From contig CBDCTK010000002.1 of NCBI GenBank assembly GCA_965222225.1, positions 1,248,001 through 1,312,000 on the forward strand: a stretch of DNA of 64,000 nt. Reading direction: 5' to 3'. The notes beneath the pieces were generated by a model, which made no database searches, was not told the DNA's origin, and saw only the letters and a program-made list of their open reading frames with translations. The first letter of the stretch is position 1; each line of letters starts with the position of its first letter. Position numbers and translations under genes: made by a program. Shown piece by piece: positions 42,309 to 52,840 of this stretch. The stretch is from Candidatus Poribacteria bacterium (lineage in GTDB: Bacteria; Poribacteria; WGA-4E; JAJDTR01).

Positions 42309-43223
42309 ATGTTAAGTCAAGTCCGAAGACATAAATGGGCCGCTCTATTTGTTACCATGTCAATGGCTGCCATTATAGTCTCGCCTCTATTCGCAGCAAA
42401 GCAGGTTAAATGGGAAAAATCCTTAACGGCGGGGATAGAAAAAGCCAAAGAAGCAGGTAAGCCGATGCTAATGGACTTCTTTACGGAGTGGTGAGGGACA
42501 TGTAAGCGGCTGGATGCCACTACATTTCATAATGAGAAAGTTGTTGAACTGTCAAAAGACTTTGTAAATCTAAAGCTAGATGTCGAAGCCAATCCCGATA
42601 ACCTTGCTGCCTACCGAAAATATATCGGCGGAGCCGGTGTGGGGGTCCCAGCACTTGCATTCGTTGATTTCGAGGGCAACTTCATCAGCAAGCCTGCTAT
42701 CGCTTTAGCATTTGACCCCGAAAAGTTTGTTCAGGAGATGGACAATACGCTTGAAGTTGAGGAAGATCTCCAGCGGCTAAAAGCTGTGATAGAAAAGAAT
42801 CCGGACAATCCGGAAGCGAATGCCCAACTCGCGCTTATCCATCTGCAGCGAAACAACCTAGAAAAAGGAATGCCACTAGCTGATACGGCGTTCAGACTTG
42901 ACCCAAAGAACGAAACGGGGCATTTGCCAGCGTTACACATCAACCTGGGACTCTACTACGGCAATCACATTAATGGAGAGAACGCTGAAGATTACTTCCA
43001 AAAAGCAGAAAGTCACTTTCAGACTGTCATTGAACAATATCCCGAAAGCGAGGATTGTGAACCGGCGCATTACTACATAGCTGTAATCTACGTGGCTCAA
43101 GAAATGTACGACAAAGCGATTCCAATGCTTGAGAAGTTGAGCAACGCATCGGATTCAGATACCAGAACTGCCGCCATGCAGATGTTGGAGATTGTTAAGG
43201 AACAAGCCAACGCACTGAAATAA
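42309..43223 (+). CDS. Exported thioredoxin-fold plus TPR protein with UxxC (Sec readthrough at 42492-42494)
   Basis: ORFs 42309 and 42639 share a frame broken only by TGA: DFFTEW-U-GTCKRLD; hairpin 42500-42525. Confidence 0.85.
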
Positions 43224-43269
43224 ACAATCTTTCGACATCCCCTTTCTTAATAAGAGGTGTAAAGAAGAG

Positions 43270-43300
43270 CGCCTATATCGGTTACGGTATAGGCGTTTTT
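43270..43300. terminator. Terminator between convergent genes
   Basis: CGCCTATA..TATAGGCG hairpin plus T run. Confidence 0.65.
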
Positions 43301-44009
43301 ACTTTCGGAGACTATCGATCTCAGTCGCACTCAGCATTCGATATTGACCAACCGGTAAATCACCCAGCACCAATGCTCCGATTGCTAGGCGCTTCAGGAA
43401 GGTTACTCTATGGCCCACCGCTTCAAACATCCGGCGAATCTGCCGTTTCTTCCCCTCGTGAATAGTGATTCTGAATCGTGTACAGTCTTTTCGGTGTGAG
43501 ATTAGCGCAATTTTCGCTTGAGATGTAAATCCTCCTTCGATTCTGACTCCCTTGCGCAATTGGTGAATCGCCTTCTGGCTAGGTTTGCCGCACACCCATG
43601 CGACGTACGTTTTATTGACTTCGTGCCGTGGGTGCGTTAAACGATTTGCAAATTCTCCATCATTCGTCATGAGAAGCAACCCTTCTGTATCTCGGTCCAG
43701 TCGTCCCACGGGGTAAATTCTTTCGGGAATGTCCCTGACAAACTCCATAACCGTCGGGCGGTGACGTTCATCGCGCACCGTCGTCACGTATCCTGACGGC
43801 TTGTTGAGCATCAAATGGATTTGTTCGGGCGTCCCTTCAACGAGCTGCCCATCAACTTTAACAAGATCTCTGTCGCGTTCAATGTGCGTACCTGGGATAA
43901 GTACACGTTCATCGTTGACGGTAACCCTGCCCATTATTATCTGCTTCTGAGCGGATCGCCGTGAAGCGATGCCAGATCTAGCAAGATACTTTTCGAGACG
44001 CATCAGCAA
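43299..44009 (-). CDS. rluB: Pseudouridine synthase RsuA/RluB family
   Basis: S4 domain, GRLDRDTEGLLL, EGKKRQIRRM. Confidence 0.88.
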   Translation of the reverse strand: MLMRLEKYLARSGIASRRSAQKQIIMGRVTVNDERVLIPGTHIERDRDLVKVDGQLVEGTPEQIHLMLNKPSGYVTTVRDERHRPTVMEFVRDIPERIYPVGRLDRDTEGLLLMTNDGEFANRLTHPRHEVNKTYVAWVCGKPSQKAIHQLRKGVRIEGGFTSQAKIALISHRKDCTRFRITIHEGKKRQIRRMFEAVGHRVTFLKRLAIGALVLGDLPVGQYRMLSATEIDSLRK

Positions 44010-44152
44010 GTTTCAAGAACAAACTTCACAAAAGTGGGGCGGGGCGGGAAGATCGCCGACTATTTTTCCTTCCCAATCTTCCTCCGCTTCCAACTTTCCT
44101 AGTCGTACGAGAAGATAAACTCAAATATGGAAAGTTGATTAAATTTATTCCA

Positions 44153-45574
44153 TCACCCTCTTCCCTTATTTAATGCTGCAAGCATATCAGATAAGTGCAC
44201 GAACTTCTGGCGAATCTTGCTTAATGCCACGCCCTTCTCAATTTCGAGGAGATCGAGTTCTTTCCAATCAGAAAAAGTGAGATAGGAAGTTTCTTTAGCC
44301 TTCAGAAACGACTCAATGGCTCTGGGTTCTTGCTCATCATACATCGGAACAGTTAGACCTTGAATGTCTTCTAACATCGCGTCAACAGTTTCACCAGAAT
44401 CACCCTTATTTGTGCCCAAGAGGCCCGTAGGTCCTCGCTTAATCCAACCAACGACGTACTGTCCCCAAACCACTTCCCCGTTGTCAGGGTCAACGACGCG
44501 CCCTCGCTCATTTGGAATGACTCCGTTGGCCTGATCGAAAGGTACACCCTGCAAAAGAATTCCGTGATAGCCTACAGAGCGGAAGATAGCACCGCAAGGA
44601 ATTGTTTCTAATTCTCCTGATCCCCGCCGAGGTCGCATGTCTCCCGATTCGCTCTTGGCGAGCACGTTTCGTTCAATTTTCACACCAACAACGTGTCCAT
44701 TCTCTCCGATGATTTCCACGGGCGATCGCAGGAGACGAAGGTGAACCTTCTTGGGGCTTGCTCCCGGAGCTTCCCGTGACTTCTGGGTCAGGTATTCAAC
44801 GTTAGCGCGCGCCCGTTTATCCGTTTCCAGTGATTTCTTGGATTCCTCATCTAGCACGACATCTACAGGATCGACCAAGAGGTCTACGCCTTCAAGTGCG
44901 CCGATTTCCTTGATTTCTTTAGGAGTAAAAGCCGCCTGTGCAACACCCCGCCTTCCTAGAATGACAATCTCCCTTATTTTGCTTGCGCGTAAGGCTTCTA
45001 GTGCGTAATCTGTGATGTCAGTGGTAGCTAATTCGTCGGGCGACTTTGCAAGAATACGCGTCACGTCCATCGCCACGTTACCAACGCCTACGACGACGGC
45101 ACGTTCGTGAGATAGATCGAATTTGGATTCCACATAGTCGGGGTGACCATTATACCAAGCAACGAACTCTGTGGCGGTATAACTACCTGAGAACATCTCA
45201 CCCGGAATATTTAGTTTACGGTCTGTTTCAGCACCGACAGCGTAGATTATCTGATCGTAATGTGCCTGGAGATCTTCCAAATGAATGTCATGTCCAAACT
45301 GGATATTTCCAAAGAAACGAAATCGTGGATTTGTGGCAATTTTCTCAAATCCTTTGATAATGGCTTTGATGTTCTGATGGTCCGGAGCAACTCCAAATCG
45401 AACAAGACCGTAAGGCACTGGAAGTCGATCAAAAGTATCCACTTCAATCAGGATATCTTTTCGCCGCAACAGGGCGTCAACCGCATAGAAACCGGAAGGA
45501 CCTGCACCAACCACAGCTACTCGCAACGGTCTCTTTTCACTACCTAGAGGATATTCCGTCATTGAATTGGTCAC
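44153..45574 (-). CDS. Ferredoxin-NADP+ reductase (FprA/adrenodoxin reductase type)
   Basis: GAGPSGFY, GLVRFGVAPDH, GNVAMDV, GWIKRGPTG. Confidence 0.92.
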   Translation of the reverse strand: MTNSMTEYPLGSEKRPLRVAVVGAGPSGFYAVDALLRRKDILIEVDTFDRLPVPYGLVRFGVAPDHQNIKAIIKGFEKIATNPRFRFFGNIQFGHDIHLEDLQAHYDQIIYAVGAETDRKLNIPGEMFSGSYTATEFVAWYNGHPDYVESKFDLSHERAVVVGVGNVAMDVTRILAKSPDELATTDITDYALEALRASKIREIVILGRRGVAQAAFTPKEIKEIGALEGVDLLVDPVDVVLDEESKKSLETDKRARANVEYLTQKSREAPGASPKKVHLRLLRSPVEIIGENGHVVGVKIERNVLAKSESGDMRPRRGSGELETIPCGAIFRSVGYHGILLQGVPFDQANGVIPNERGRVVDPDNGEVVWGQYVVGWIKRGPTGLLGTNKGDSGETVDAMLEDIQGLTVPMYDEQEPRAIESFLKAKETSYLTFSDWKELDLLEIEKGVALSKIRQKFVHLSDMLAALNKGRG

Positions 45575-45641
45575 GAAAACAATTTCCGAGAGAGTAATTC
45601 AACTGAGTATAAGGCGGACCTCAAGGATTAGAAGTCGTCCA

Positions 45642-46289
45642 CTAAATTTTGACATGAAACTGCTCAATTTGCCAACCATTTTCCATAGCAATTCGGCGCA
45701 GTTTACGATCTGGGTTTACGGCTACAGGGTGACCTACTAACCGCAGTTTATGCACATCCGAATGGTGATTTCCGTAGGCGTAAGAGTCAGCCAGATTAAA
45801 AGCGTATGTCTTGGTCAATTCCTTGACCAAGACAGCTTTATTCTCGGCATGTGGATTCAAACCCACTTGATGCCCTGTAATATAGCCATCAACCGTTTCT
45901 AGCTCATACCCAATCATGAGATCAGTACCCAGATAGTTGTGAAACAAATAGACAAGCACCTGCAACGATCCAGAGAGAATCACAATTGTTCTGCCCTCGG
46001 AACGGTGGAATGCCATAAGATCGGAAACACGCGGGGAAATTCGATCGACAAGCCGCTCTTTGAAACATGTTTCCGCCAAGCTACAGACGCGCTGATAATC
46101 CAATCCGTGAAGATACATCTTGTACGCTTTTGCCTTGCGTAGATCTTGCGTTTTGAGAAAATAGGAGGTCCAATCCAACAGGTTGGACATCGGGAGTTCG
46201 CCTTCCTTGAGAAGATATTTGAGGAAAACTCCCTCCGAAGAGTAATCAATGATAGTACCGTCAAGATCAAAAATTGCACAAGAACTCAT
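45642..46289 (-). CDS. HAD-IB family hydrolase
   Basis: FDLDGT, LSGS, YAYGN..D, AVNPD. Confidence 0.88.
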   Translation of the reverse strand: MSSCAIFDLDGTIIDYSSEGVFLKYLLKEGELPMSNLLDWTSYFLKTQDLRKAKAYKMYLHGLDYQRVCSLAETCFKERLVDRISPRVSDLMAFHRSEGRTIVILSGSLQVLVYLFHNYLGTDLMIGYELETVDGYITGHQVGLNPHAENKAVLVKELTKTYAFNLADSYAYGNHHSDVHKLRLVGHPVAVNPDRKLRRIAMENGWQIEQFHVKI

Positions 46290-46293
46290 TGCG

Positions 46294-47016
46294 TCACTCC
46301 ACCTTCTGCCCCAATGCTTTGCGATACGCCTTCACGGCGTTCTCCAGACCCATGTAAATCGCGTCGTTAATCAAGTGGTGTCCGATAGAGACCTCAAGTA
46401 GAGGTAGATTCCGTAGGGGCGGCAAGTTGTCCAGATTCAAGTCATGTCCGACATTGATACCGCCCCCTACCTCGACAGCTTTTTCAGCAGCCCTGACAAG
46501 TAAGCCGAACTGATGTTTAATTTCTTCGTTTGTCTTTGCGGCGGCATAGGGCTCGGTAAAGAACTCAATACGATCTGCACCAACTTCTCTTGATAACTCA
46601 ATCTGTTGAAGATCGGTTCCACTGAACAGACTTACGCGGATTCCAGCATCTTTAAGACGTTGAATAATCGGTTTAAGTTTGTCGCCGTTTCTCTCTAGGT
46701 TCCAAACTGTGTGGCTAGTGATTTCTCCCGGGACAACAGGCACCAGAGTACACTGCGTCGGACGAATCTCCGTCACCATGTCAAGGAAATCAGGTCGCGG
46801 ATCGCCTTCAATATTAAATTCGACAGTGACCATCTCCGCAAGTTCGTAAACATCGTGTGGCTTTATATGGCGTTGGTCCTGTCTAGGGTGAGCTGTGATA
46901 CCCTGTGCTCCCGCATCAATACAAGTTTGCGCCGCCTGCGTCACACTCGGAAGATTCCCGCCCCTTGAATTTCTCAGCGTTGCAATTTTATTTACATTTA
47001 CGCTTAAGTTTATCAT
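46294..47016 (-). CDS. pdxJ: Pyridoxine 5'-phosphate synthase
   Basis: SVNVNKIATLRNSRG, HPRQDQRHI, GHDL, EVSIGH. Confidence 0.96.
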   Translation of the reverse strand: MINLSVNVNKIATLRNSRGGNLPSVTQAAQTCIDAGAQGITAHPRQDQRHIKPHDVYELAEMVTVEFNIEGDPRPDFLDMVTEIRPTQCTLVPVVPGEITSHTVWNLERNGDKLKPIIQRLKDAGIRVSLFSGTDLQQIELSREVGADRIEFFTEPYAAAKTNEEIKHQFGLLVRAAEKAVEVGGGINVGHDLNLDNLPPLRNLPLLEVSIGHHLINDAIYMGLENAVKAYRKALGQKVE

Positions 47017-47124
47017 AAGTTTTCACTCGACGCAGTTCCGATTGCATTCTCTTCTAGGACTGGAGAGAACGTGTAAGATAGAGACGCAATCAAAGCCATG
47101 ATTGATGCACTTCCTCGATTCGTA

Positions 47125-48039
47125 TTATTTTGCCTTTGACCAATATAACTCCTTGAGGCGGCGAATGTATTCTCTATCTCTCTTCTCCAACGCTTCGTCA
47201 AACCTCTCTGGGTCAACAAACCACGGCGTGCCTTCTGCCAGGCGAACTCTGATTTTCTCATTCTCTATGCTACGAGGGGCCCGTATATCTTCCGGCCATT
47301 TCCAGATGCCCGCCAAATCATAGTGTCGGAGCGGGCCCTCATGCGGCATACGGAAACCAAAGGTAGAAACGACACCAAGTTCGATGTCTTCCGCGGTTGC
47401 CATCCCTTCAGCCCATAATCGAAGCGCCTCGCGATTCATGGCGCCCTGCAACCGGTTCAGCAGATAACCCGGCAATTCTTTGCGTAACCGAATCGGTATT
47501 TTCTTCGCCCTCTCCATCAGGTCGCAGGTGATGTCGTATGTTTCGTTGGATGTCCCTGGCCCTTTCGCAACCTCAACCCCCGGCACGATGTGCGGCGGCG
47601 CAAAATAGTGAGTTATGACGAGCTTATCCTGCCTCTCAACATCAGAACCGAAATTGCTGAGAACTAATCCGGACGTATTGCTCGCCAATATTGCATGGCG
47701 TGAGCATAACTTATCAAGTTCGTTGAATAGTTCCCGTTTATCTCGCGATCTCTCGACAATCGCTTCCGTAATGAAATCACTGCCCCTCGCGACTTCCGTT
47801 AAATCGGTAGTGGTCGTTATCCTATCTACGGTGTCCTTGGCTTGTTCCTGGGTTATCAACTCTTCCTCGACAAAGAGATTTAGAGCTGACTTGATGTTTG
47901 CCATGGACCGCTCAAGAACCTCATCGTTCAAGTCGCAGATAACGGTGGAGTATCCGCCTAACGCAAAGTTAATCGCGATGCCAAAGCCCATCGTCCCGCC
48001 TCCAACAACCCCGACCTGATTTACATCGCTTAGCTCCAT
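47125..48039 (-). CDS. 3-hydroxyacyl-CoA dehydrogenase family protein
   Basis: GGGTMG, EAIVE, ASNTS, THYFAPP, GYLLNRLQ. Confidence 0.88.
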   Translation of the reverse strand: MELSDVNQVGVVGGGTMGFGIAINFALGGYSTVICDLNDEVLERSMANIKSALNLFVEEELITQEQAKDTVDRITTTTDLTEVARGSDFITEAIVERSRDKRELFNELDKLCSRHAILASNTSGLVLSNFGSDVERQDKLVITHYFAPPHIVPGVEVAKGPGTSNETYDITCDLMERAKKIPIRLRKELPGYLLNRLQGAMNREALRLWAEGMATAEDIELGVVSTFGFRMPHEGPLRHYDLAGIWKWPEDIRAPRSIENEKIRVRLAEGTPWFVDPERFDEALEKRDREYIRRLKELYWSKAK

Positions 48040-48086
48040 GCTACCCCCGTTTAGAAATCCTGCGCTAGTCGGCGCGAATGCACTAA

Positions 48087-49523
48087 TTACAGTGTATGCC
48101 CTGACAAATCTCCTGCAATTGTCAACCGACGTTGTTGCGTGAAAGTCCGAGGTCGCGTAAACCCTTCCCCTGTTGGACCCGCAATCGTCATCGCCAGAAA
48201 CCCTTCTCCACCCAGTCCCGCACACGCATAAGACGGTGCGTTTACGACTACAATGTTGCAATCCATTGCCTTGTTAAACTGTGTGATTCGTTTCATGTCA
48301 TTGGTGTGGAGAATCGCGGTATGTCCGCGTCCGCCTTCGGCCGTCATGGCACCTTTAAGCGATTCATCAAAGTTTCGCATTCGCGCAACGGGAAGGATAG
48401 GCATAAGGTACTCGTCAATGATAAAAGTATGGTCTGCTGGGACATCTGCGACAATCGCAACTGTGTTAGCCGGTGCCCTTATTCGAGCCGCATCCAAAAT
48501 TACCCGCGCACCTTTCCCGATAAAGTCTTTGTTGACATCTCCATCCTTAATCACGGTCCTCTCCACTGCTTTGAGCTCATTCGCGTTGAGCAGATAGCCC
48601 CCATTCCTCGTGAGTTCTCGAACCGTTCCATCTGCGACAGATTCGACCACAAACAGCGCCTTCTCGCCAATGCAGAGGAGATTGTTGTCAAAACTTGTGC
48701 CGTCAATAGTGTGTTTGGCGGCTTTCGCAACATCCGCAGTTTCATCAATGAGCGCCGGAGGATTGCCTGGGCCCGCCGCAATCGCTTTCTTCCCGCTGGT
48801 CAATGCCGCTTTCACGACGCTGGGACCGCCGGTTGCAACGACCATGGAAATATCATCGTGATTCATTATCTCTTTTGCTGTGCGGAGCGTCGCATCCGCA
48901 ACAGCGGTGAGCAAATTGGGGGGGCCGCCAGACTTCACGATTGCGTCGTTTATGACGCGCATAGTTTCATGCGTGCACTTTGCTGCGTTTGGGTGAGGAC
49001 TGAATACCACAGCGTTCCCTGCCGACAGCATAATTATCGCGTGATTAATAACCGTTGAGGTCGGATTGGTAGTCGGTGTAATCGAGTTAATCACGCCAAA
49101 CGGCACATATTCCACGAGCAGCGTGCCCTCATCACCTGTAGAGGCTTCGGATCGCAAATCTTCTACCCCTGGCGAAAGATTGACCGCGCCCTCATTCTTC
49201 ATCAGTTTGTGTGCCGCGTTTCCCATTCCCGTGTCTTCAACTGCCAAATCAGCGAGACGTTGAGCATTCTCGAGAGCGGCACGCTTGATCGCTTCGATGA
49301 TTTCCCGACGCTTGGCAAACCCGAGTCGAACGAATTCTGCTTGCGCCTGCTTTGCAGCCACAACTGCTTGGTCGGTACTTGGATGGATTCCTGATTGCGA
49401 TCTGGAACCAACACCGACTTTCGAACTTCTCACCGGTGCGCTTGAGATACGCCCTTCACTTCGAAGATTATTGATGACTTGCGAAACAATTTCTTCAATC
49501 TGTTCAGGGTTAATTTCCGCCAT
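48087..49523 (-). CDS. CoA-acylating aldehyde dehydrogenase EutE/PduP-type with N-terminal encapsulation peptide
   Basis: EQIEEIVSQVINNL helix; PTTNPT, ATGG, AGPGNPP, FDNNLLCIGEK, GPTGEG. Confidence 0.92.
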   Translation of the reverse strand: MAEINPEQIEEIVSQVINNLRSEGRISSAPVRSSKVGVGSRSQSGIHPSTDQAVVAAKQAQAEFVRLGFAKRREIIEAIKRAALENAQRLADLAVEDTGMGNAAHKLMKNEGAVNLSPGVEDLRSEASTGDEGTLLVEYVPFGVINSITPTTNPTSTVINHAIIMLSAGNAVVFSPHPNAAKCTHETMRVINDAIVKSGGPPNLLTAVADATLRTAKEIMNHDDISMVVATGGPSVVKAALTSGKKAIAAGPGNPPALIDETADVAKAAKHTIDGTSFDNNLLCIGEKALFVVESVADGTVRELTRNGGYLLNANELKAVERTVIKDGDVNKDFIGKGARVILDAARIRAPANTVAIVADVPADHTFIIDEYLMPILPVARMRNFDESLKGAMTAEGGRGHTAILHTNDMKRITQFNKAMDCNIVVVNAPSYACAGLGGEGFLAMTIAGPTGEGFTRPRTFTQQRRLTIAGDLSGHTL

Positions 49524-49621
49524 GTATACCTCCGATTCTGGGGGTTAGATTTATGGACTGGAGATAAAAAATCCGGGACGGTTTAACCCTCTCCATTGTC
49601 CAATACCGAATTCCCGAATCT

Positions 49622-49897
49622 TCACCCCTGGGAAAGCATATTTTCCACGTCTGAGTGTGGACGAGGGATAACATGTACAGAAATGAGTTCACCAACGCCC
49701 TTTGCGGCTTCCGCGCCCGCGTCCGTTGCCGCTTGGACTGCGCCAACATCGCCTCGAACCATTACAGTAACATATCCTGCGCCAATCTGCTCTCTGCCAA
49801 TCAGCGAGACATTCGCCGCCTTAACCATTGTGTCAGCCGCCTCAATCGCAGCAACAAGCCCTCTCGTTTCAATCAATCCCAAAGCTTCATTCGCCAT
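49622..49897 (-). CDS. BMC-H shell protein (EutM/PduA-like)
   Basis: [33 protein letters not shown]. Confidence 0.96.
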   Translation of the reverse strand: MANEALGLIETRGLVAAIEAADTMVKAANVSLIGREQIGAGYVTVMVRGDVGAVQAATDAGAEAAKGVGELISVHVIPRPHSDVENMLSQG

Positions 49898-50455
49898 TTC
49901 GTGAAAGACCTCCCAAGTGTTAGAACAGTGAAAAAACTGAATTGTGGGTTGACCACCCGACAGATCTCTCATACAAATCTGTCGATCACTGTTCATAATA
50001 GCATAATATTCTGGCTCTTGCAACCCGCTCTTTTCTATTTCACTCGATGGCAAATATCAAGAATAAACACACCACAATCAAGGTCGTGTGGTGAGAGGGA
50101 AGAATCTTCGATTACAGAGCAGCGGTTATTGAGGAAGTCATCAAGGGGTATTCAATTCGGATGGGGATTACGGTGTCACTTGTCCATACTCGCGGAACTG
50201 AGGGGAGTTGACAAACTGCGGGGAGGTAGGAACGGACGAGTATGCACGTGCATTAGCCCGAACCGAGTTGTTATAATGGGAGAATGTCGATTACGAATCG
50301 CCCATTATCGTTGCCATGCAACGCTCGGGTCAAATGCAGGAAATAGACATGAAGAGATAATAACGATGATACTTAAAAGATGTGAGACTGCGGTGGATAT
50401 CCCGCTCGTCAGGAATTAGGTTTCATGGGCAATGGATTCATTTGCCACTCGTGGT

Positions 50456-50816
50456 TGTCATCGTGCTGAGTCTCCGTTTCTGGGACAACTTCATTTTATG
50501 GCTTGCTCGGTGTATTTGATTCAATTTTCGCATCTGGTGATTCCTCATGCACGGGCTCAAGATCGACAGGGGGACGCGGTGTTTTAGGCGCGGGCGAGTC
50601 CTTGGCGGGAAGTACCTTAGCTCCTACCATGTCTCCCATAGTGTCATCGTGCTGAGTCTCTGTCCCTGGAACAACCTTCTTTGGTGGATTGGCTTGGTGG
50701 GTTGGATTCAATTTCCTCATCTGGCGATACCATAAGCACGGGGGCAGAAGCACGTCGTACTTTGGGCGTTGGAGGGTCTTTGGCGAGAAGTACCTCAGCC
50801 CCCACCAGGTCTGGGA
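50456..50816 (-). repeat. Diverged tandem duplication (period about 186 bp) in a broken Pro/acidic-rich ORF
   Basis: TGTCATCGTGCTGAGTCTC at 50456 and 50642; peptides VGAEVLLAKDPP and VGAKVLPAKDSP. Confidence 0.7.
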
Positions 50817-51289
50817 AGTCGATCAAGGTTTTCCTTAAATACCATCCGTTAACGTAATACCATCCTATAGTTAGTTAGAGCGACGATGATAAATGAAAAC
50901 GCTATCCACTTTAGCTTACCGTTAGAACCCATGACATTTTCCTCCTTCTGTATAGGCAGGATAGGCAGGATTGGAGTATGGTTGAATCTAATCGGCAATT
51001 GCACATCATCAGAAGATTACTGCAAAAAACTGAATCTCGAAACATCAACACTATATTACACGCCTGCTTGTTACGCAAGTTTCACTGAAACAGCTTTACA
51101 TTTGAATCAAGATATGACGGGTAAACAGCCAACAAACGTCCTCTGTCCCGTCTTCCATCCTTCCGTCCTTCCAATCTTCCATCCTTGGGCTCCCCGATAA
51201 ATCCACAGTTGACTCTGCGGGGCATCTATAGTATAATAATCATGGTGGTTTAGACTACGATTGCGATCGTGACGATTACGAGGCGACAA

Positions 51290-51952
51290 ATGAAAACCTG
51301 CCTTCTGTTGCCGGCCTACAATGTATCCCGCACCGTGAAACAAATCATTCGGGAAGCAAATTTATTTGTTGGAGATATCATTGTTGTCGATGATGGTTCA
51401 CGCGATAAAACGGCAGAAATTGCGCTCGCATGTGGAGTGGTCGTTCTGAAGCATACCCACAATTGTGGCAAGGGCTTGGCGTTACGAACCGGATTTGATT
51501 ATGCGATTCGAGCTGGATACCAACTTATCTTCACCATGGACAGCGATGGACAGCATAACCCAAGCGACTTACCACGCTTCTTGGATCACTTTCGACTGGC
51601 AGATTCAGACATTCTTATCGGCGGACGTTTTGAAGACAGGGCTGCTATGCCGCTCCATCGCCAATTAAACAACAGGTTGATTTCTACGGTGGGTTCGGCA
51701 CTATGCGGACAACATGTGCCAGATTTTCAATCCGGCTATCGGTTGATAAAAGCCGAGGTTTTGAAGGCGGTTTTATTGAAAACGGAGCGATACGAGACCG
51801 AGTCGGAATTGTTAATCAAAGCCGGCCGTCTTGGATTTCGGATTGAGAGTATTCCAATTCGGGCAGTCTATGGGGATGAAATCAGTAATATCAAGACGTT
51901 CCGTGAAATGCGGTTGTTCACGAAGTTACTTGTCAATAGTCTCTGTAACTGA
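51290..51952 (+). CDS. Glycosyltransferase family 2 (DPM1-like)
   Basis: PAYN, VDDGSRD, GKGLAL, DSDGQH, DFQSGYR. Confidence 0.92.
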   Translation: MKTCLLLPAYNVSRTVKQIIREANLFVGDIIVVDDGSRDKTAEIALACGVVVLKHTHNCGKGLALRTGFDYAIRAGYQLIFTMDSDGQHNPSDLPRFLDHFRLADSDILIGGRFEDRAAMPLHRQLNNRLISTVGSALCGQHVPDFQSGYRLIKAEVLKAVLLKTERYETESELLIKAGRLGFRIESIPIRAVYGDEISNIKTFREMRLFTKLLVNSLCN

Positions 51953-52045
51953 TTATAGGATTTGATGTAACGATACACGCCTCCTTTCGGGCTACAGACG
52001 GCGAGAACGAAACCCGTGCGCATGTCTTGCACGGTCACGACTTAG

Positions 52046-52840
52046 ATGATTCTTGTAACCAATGACGACGGTATCGAATCGCCCGGACTGACTGCCCTAG
52101 CGCAGGCACTAAAGAGTATTGATGAAGTTTATATCGTAGCGCCTGATCGTGAACGCAGTGCGATTGGGATGGCAATTACGCTTGACCATCCCTTGAGAGC
52201 CACGCAAGTTGGCGATCGTGCGTGGGCGGTTGATGGCACCCCGGTTGATTGTGTAGACCTCGCGGTGAGTGCATTGCTGCCTGAAAATCCGAAGTTGCTG
52301 GTTTCTGGCGTTAATCACGGACAAAATCTGGGGCAAGATATCCATTTTTCAGGCACGGTTGCGGCAGCGAAAAAAGCCACCTTCTTGGGAATTCCATCAA
52401 TGGCGGTATCGTTAATTTCTGGACCGCCCTACCATTATGAGACAGCAACCTCTGCTGCCTGCCGACTCGCAAAACTTGTCTTGGCGAACGGATTAACGCC
52501 GGGGATTCTACTAAATGTCAACGTGCCAAACTGCCCTCTTTCTATGGTGAGAAGCTTTGAAGTAGCGCGCCAAGATTTGGGGACATACAGCGCAACCGTA
52601 ATCAAACGGGTGGACCGAGTGGGCAAACCTTACTATTGGATCGGCGGAGAACGCGCTCAAGTGGATGCGCGGGAGGACTCGGATCTTAATGTTGTCAAGA
52701 GACGATGCGTGTCAATTACTCCTGTTCAACTTGACTTTACCGCGCACCATGAAATCGAGCCCCTGAAACAGTGGTTGAAAGACGAATACTTGGAAGAGGA
52801 GGTAGAGGCAGGCATTGAACTACCTAAATCTGATTGTTAA
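52046..52840 (+). CDS. surE: 5'/3'-nucleotidase SurE
   Basis: ILVTNDDG, GTPVDC, SGVNHGQN, SGTVAAA. Confidence 0.96.
   Translation: MILVTNDDGIESPGLTALAQALKSIDEVYIVAPDRERSAIGMAITLDHPLRATQVGDRAWAVDGTPVDCVDLAVSALLPENPKLLVSGVNHGQNLGQDIHFSGTVAAAKKATFLGIPSMAVSLISGPPYHYETATSAACRLAKLVLANGLTPGILLNVNVPNCPLSMVRSFEVARQDLGTYSATVIKRVDRVGKPYYWIGGERAQVDAREDSDLNVVKRRCVSITPVQLDFTAHHEIEPLKQWLKDEYLEEEVEAGIELPKSDC

Noticed and set aside
48132-49058. 308-aa plus-strand ORF
   Set aside because: Shadow of the aldehyde dehydrogenase
49655-50419. 254-aa plus-strand ORF
   Set aside because: Antisense to BMC-H, no recognisable domain
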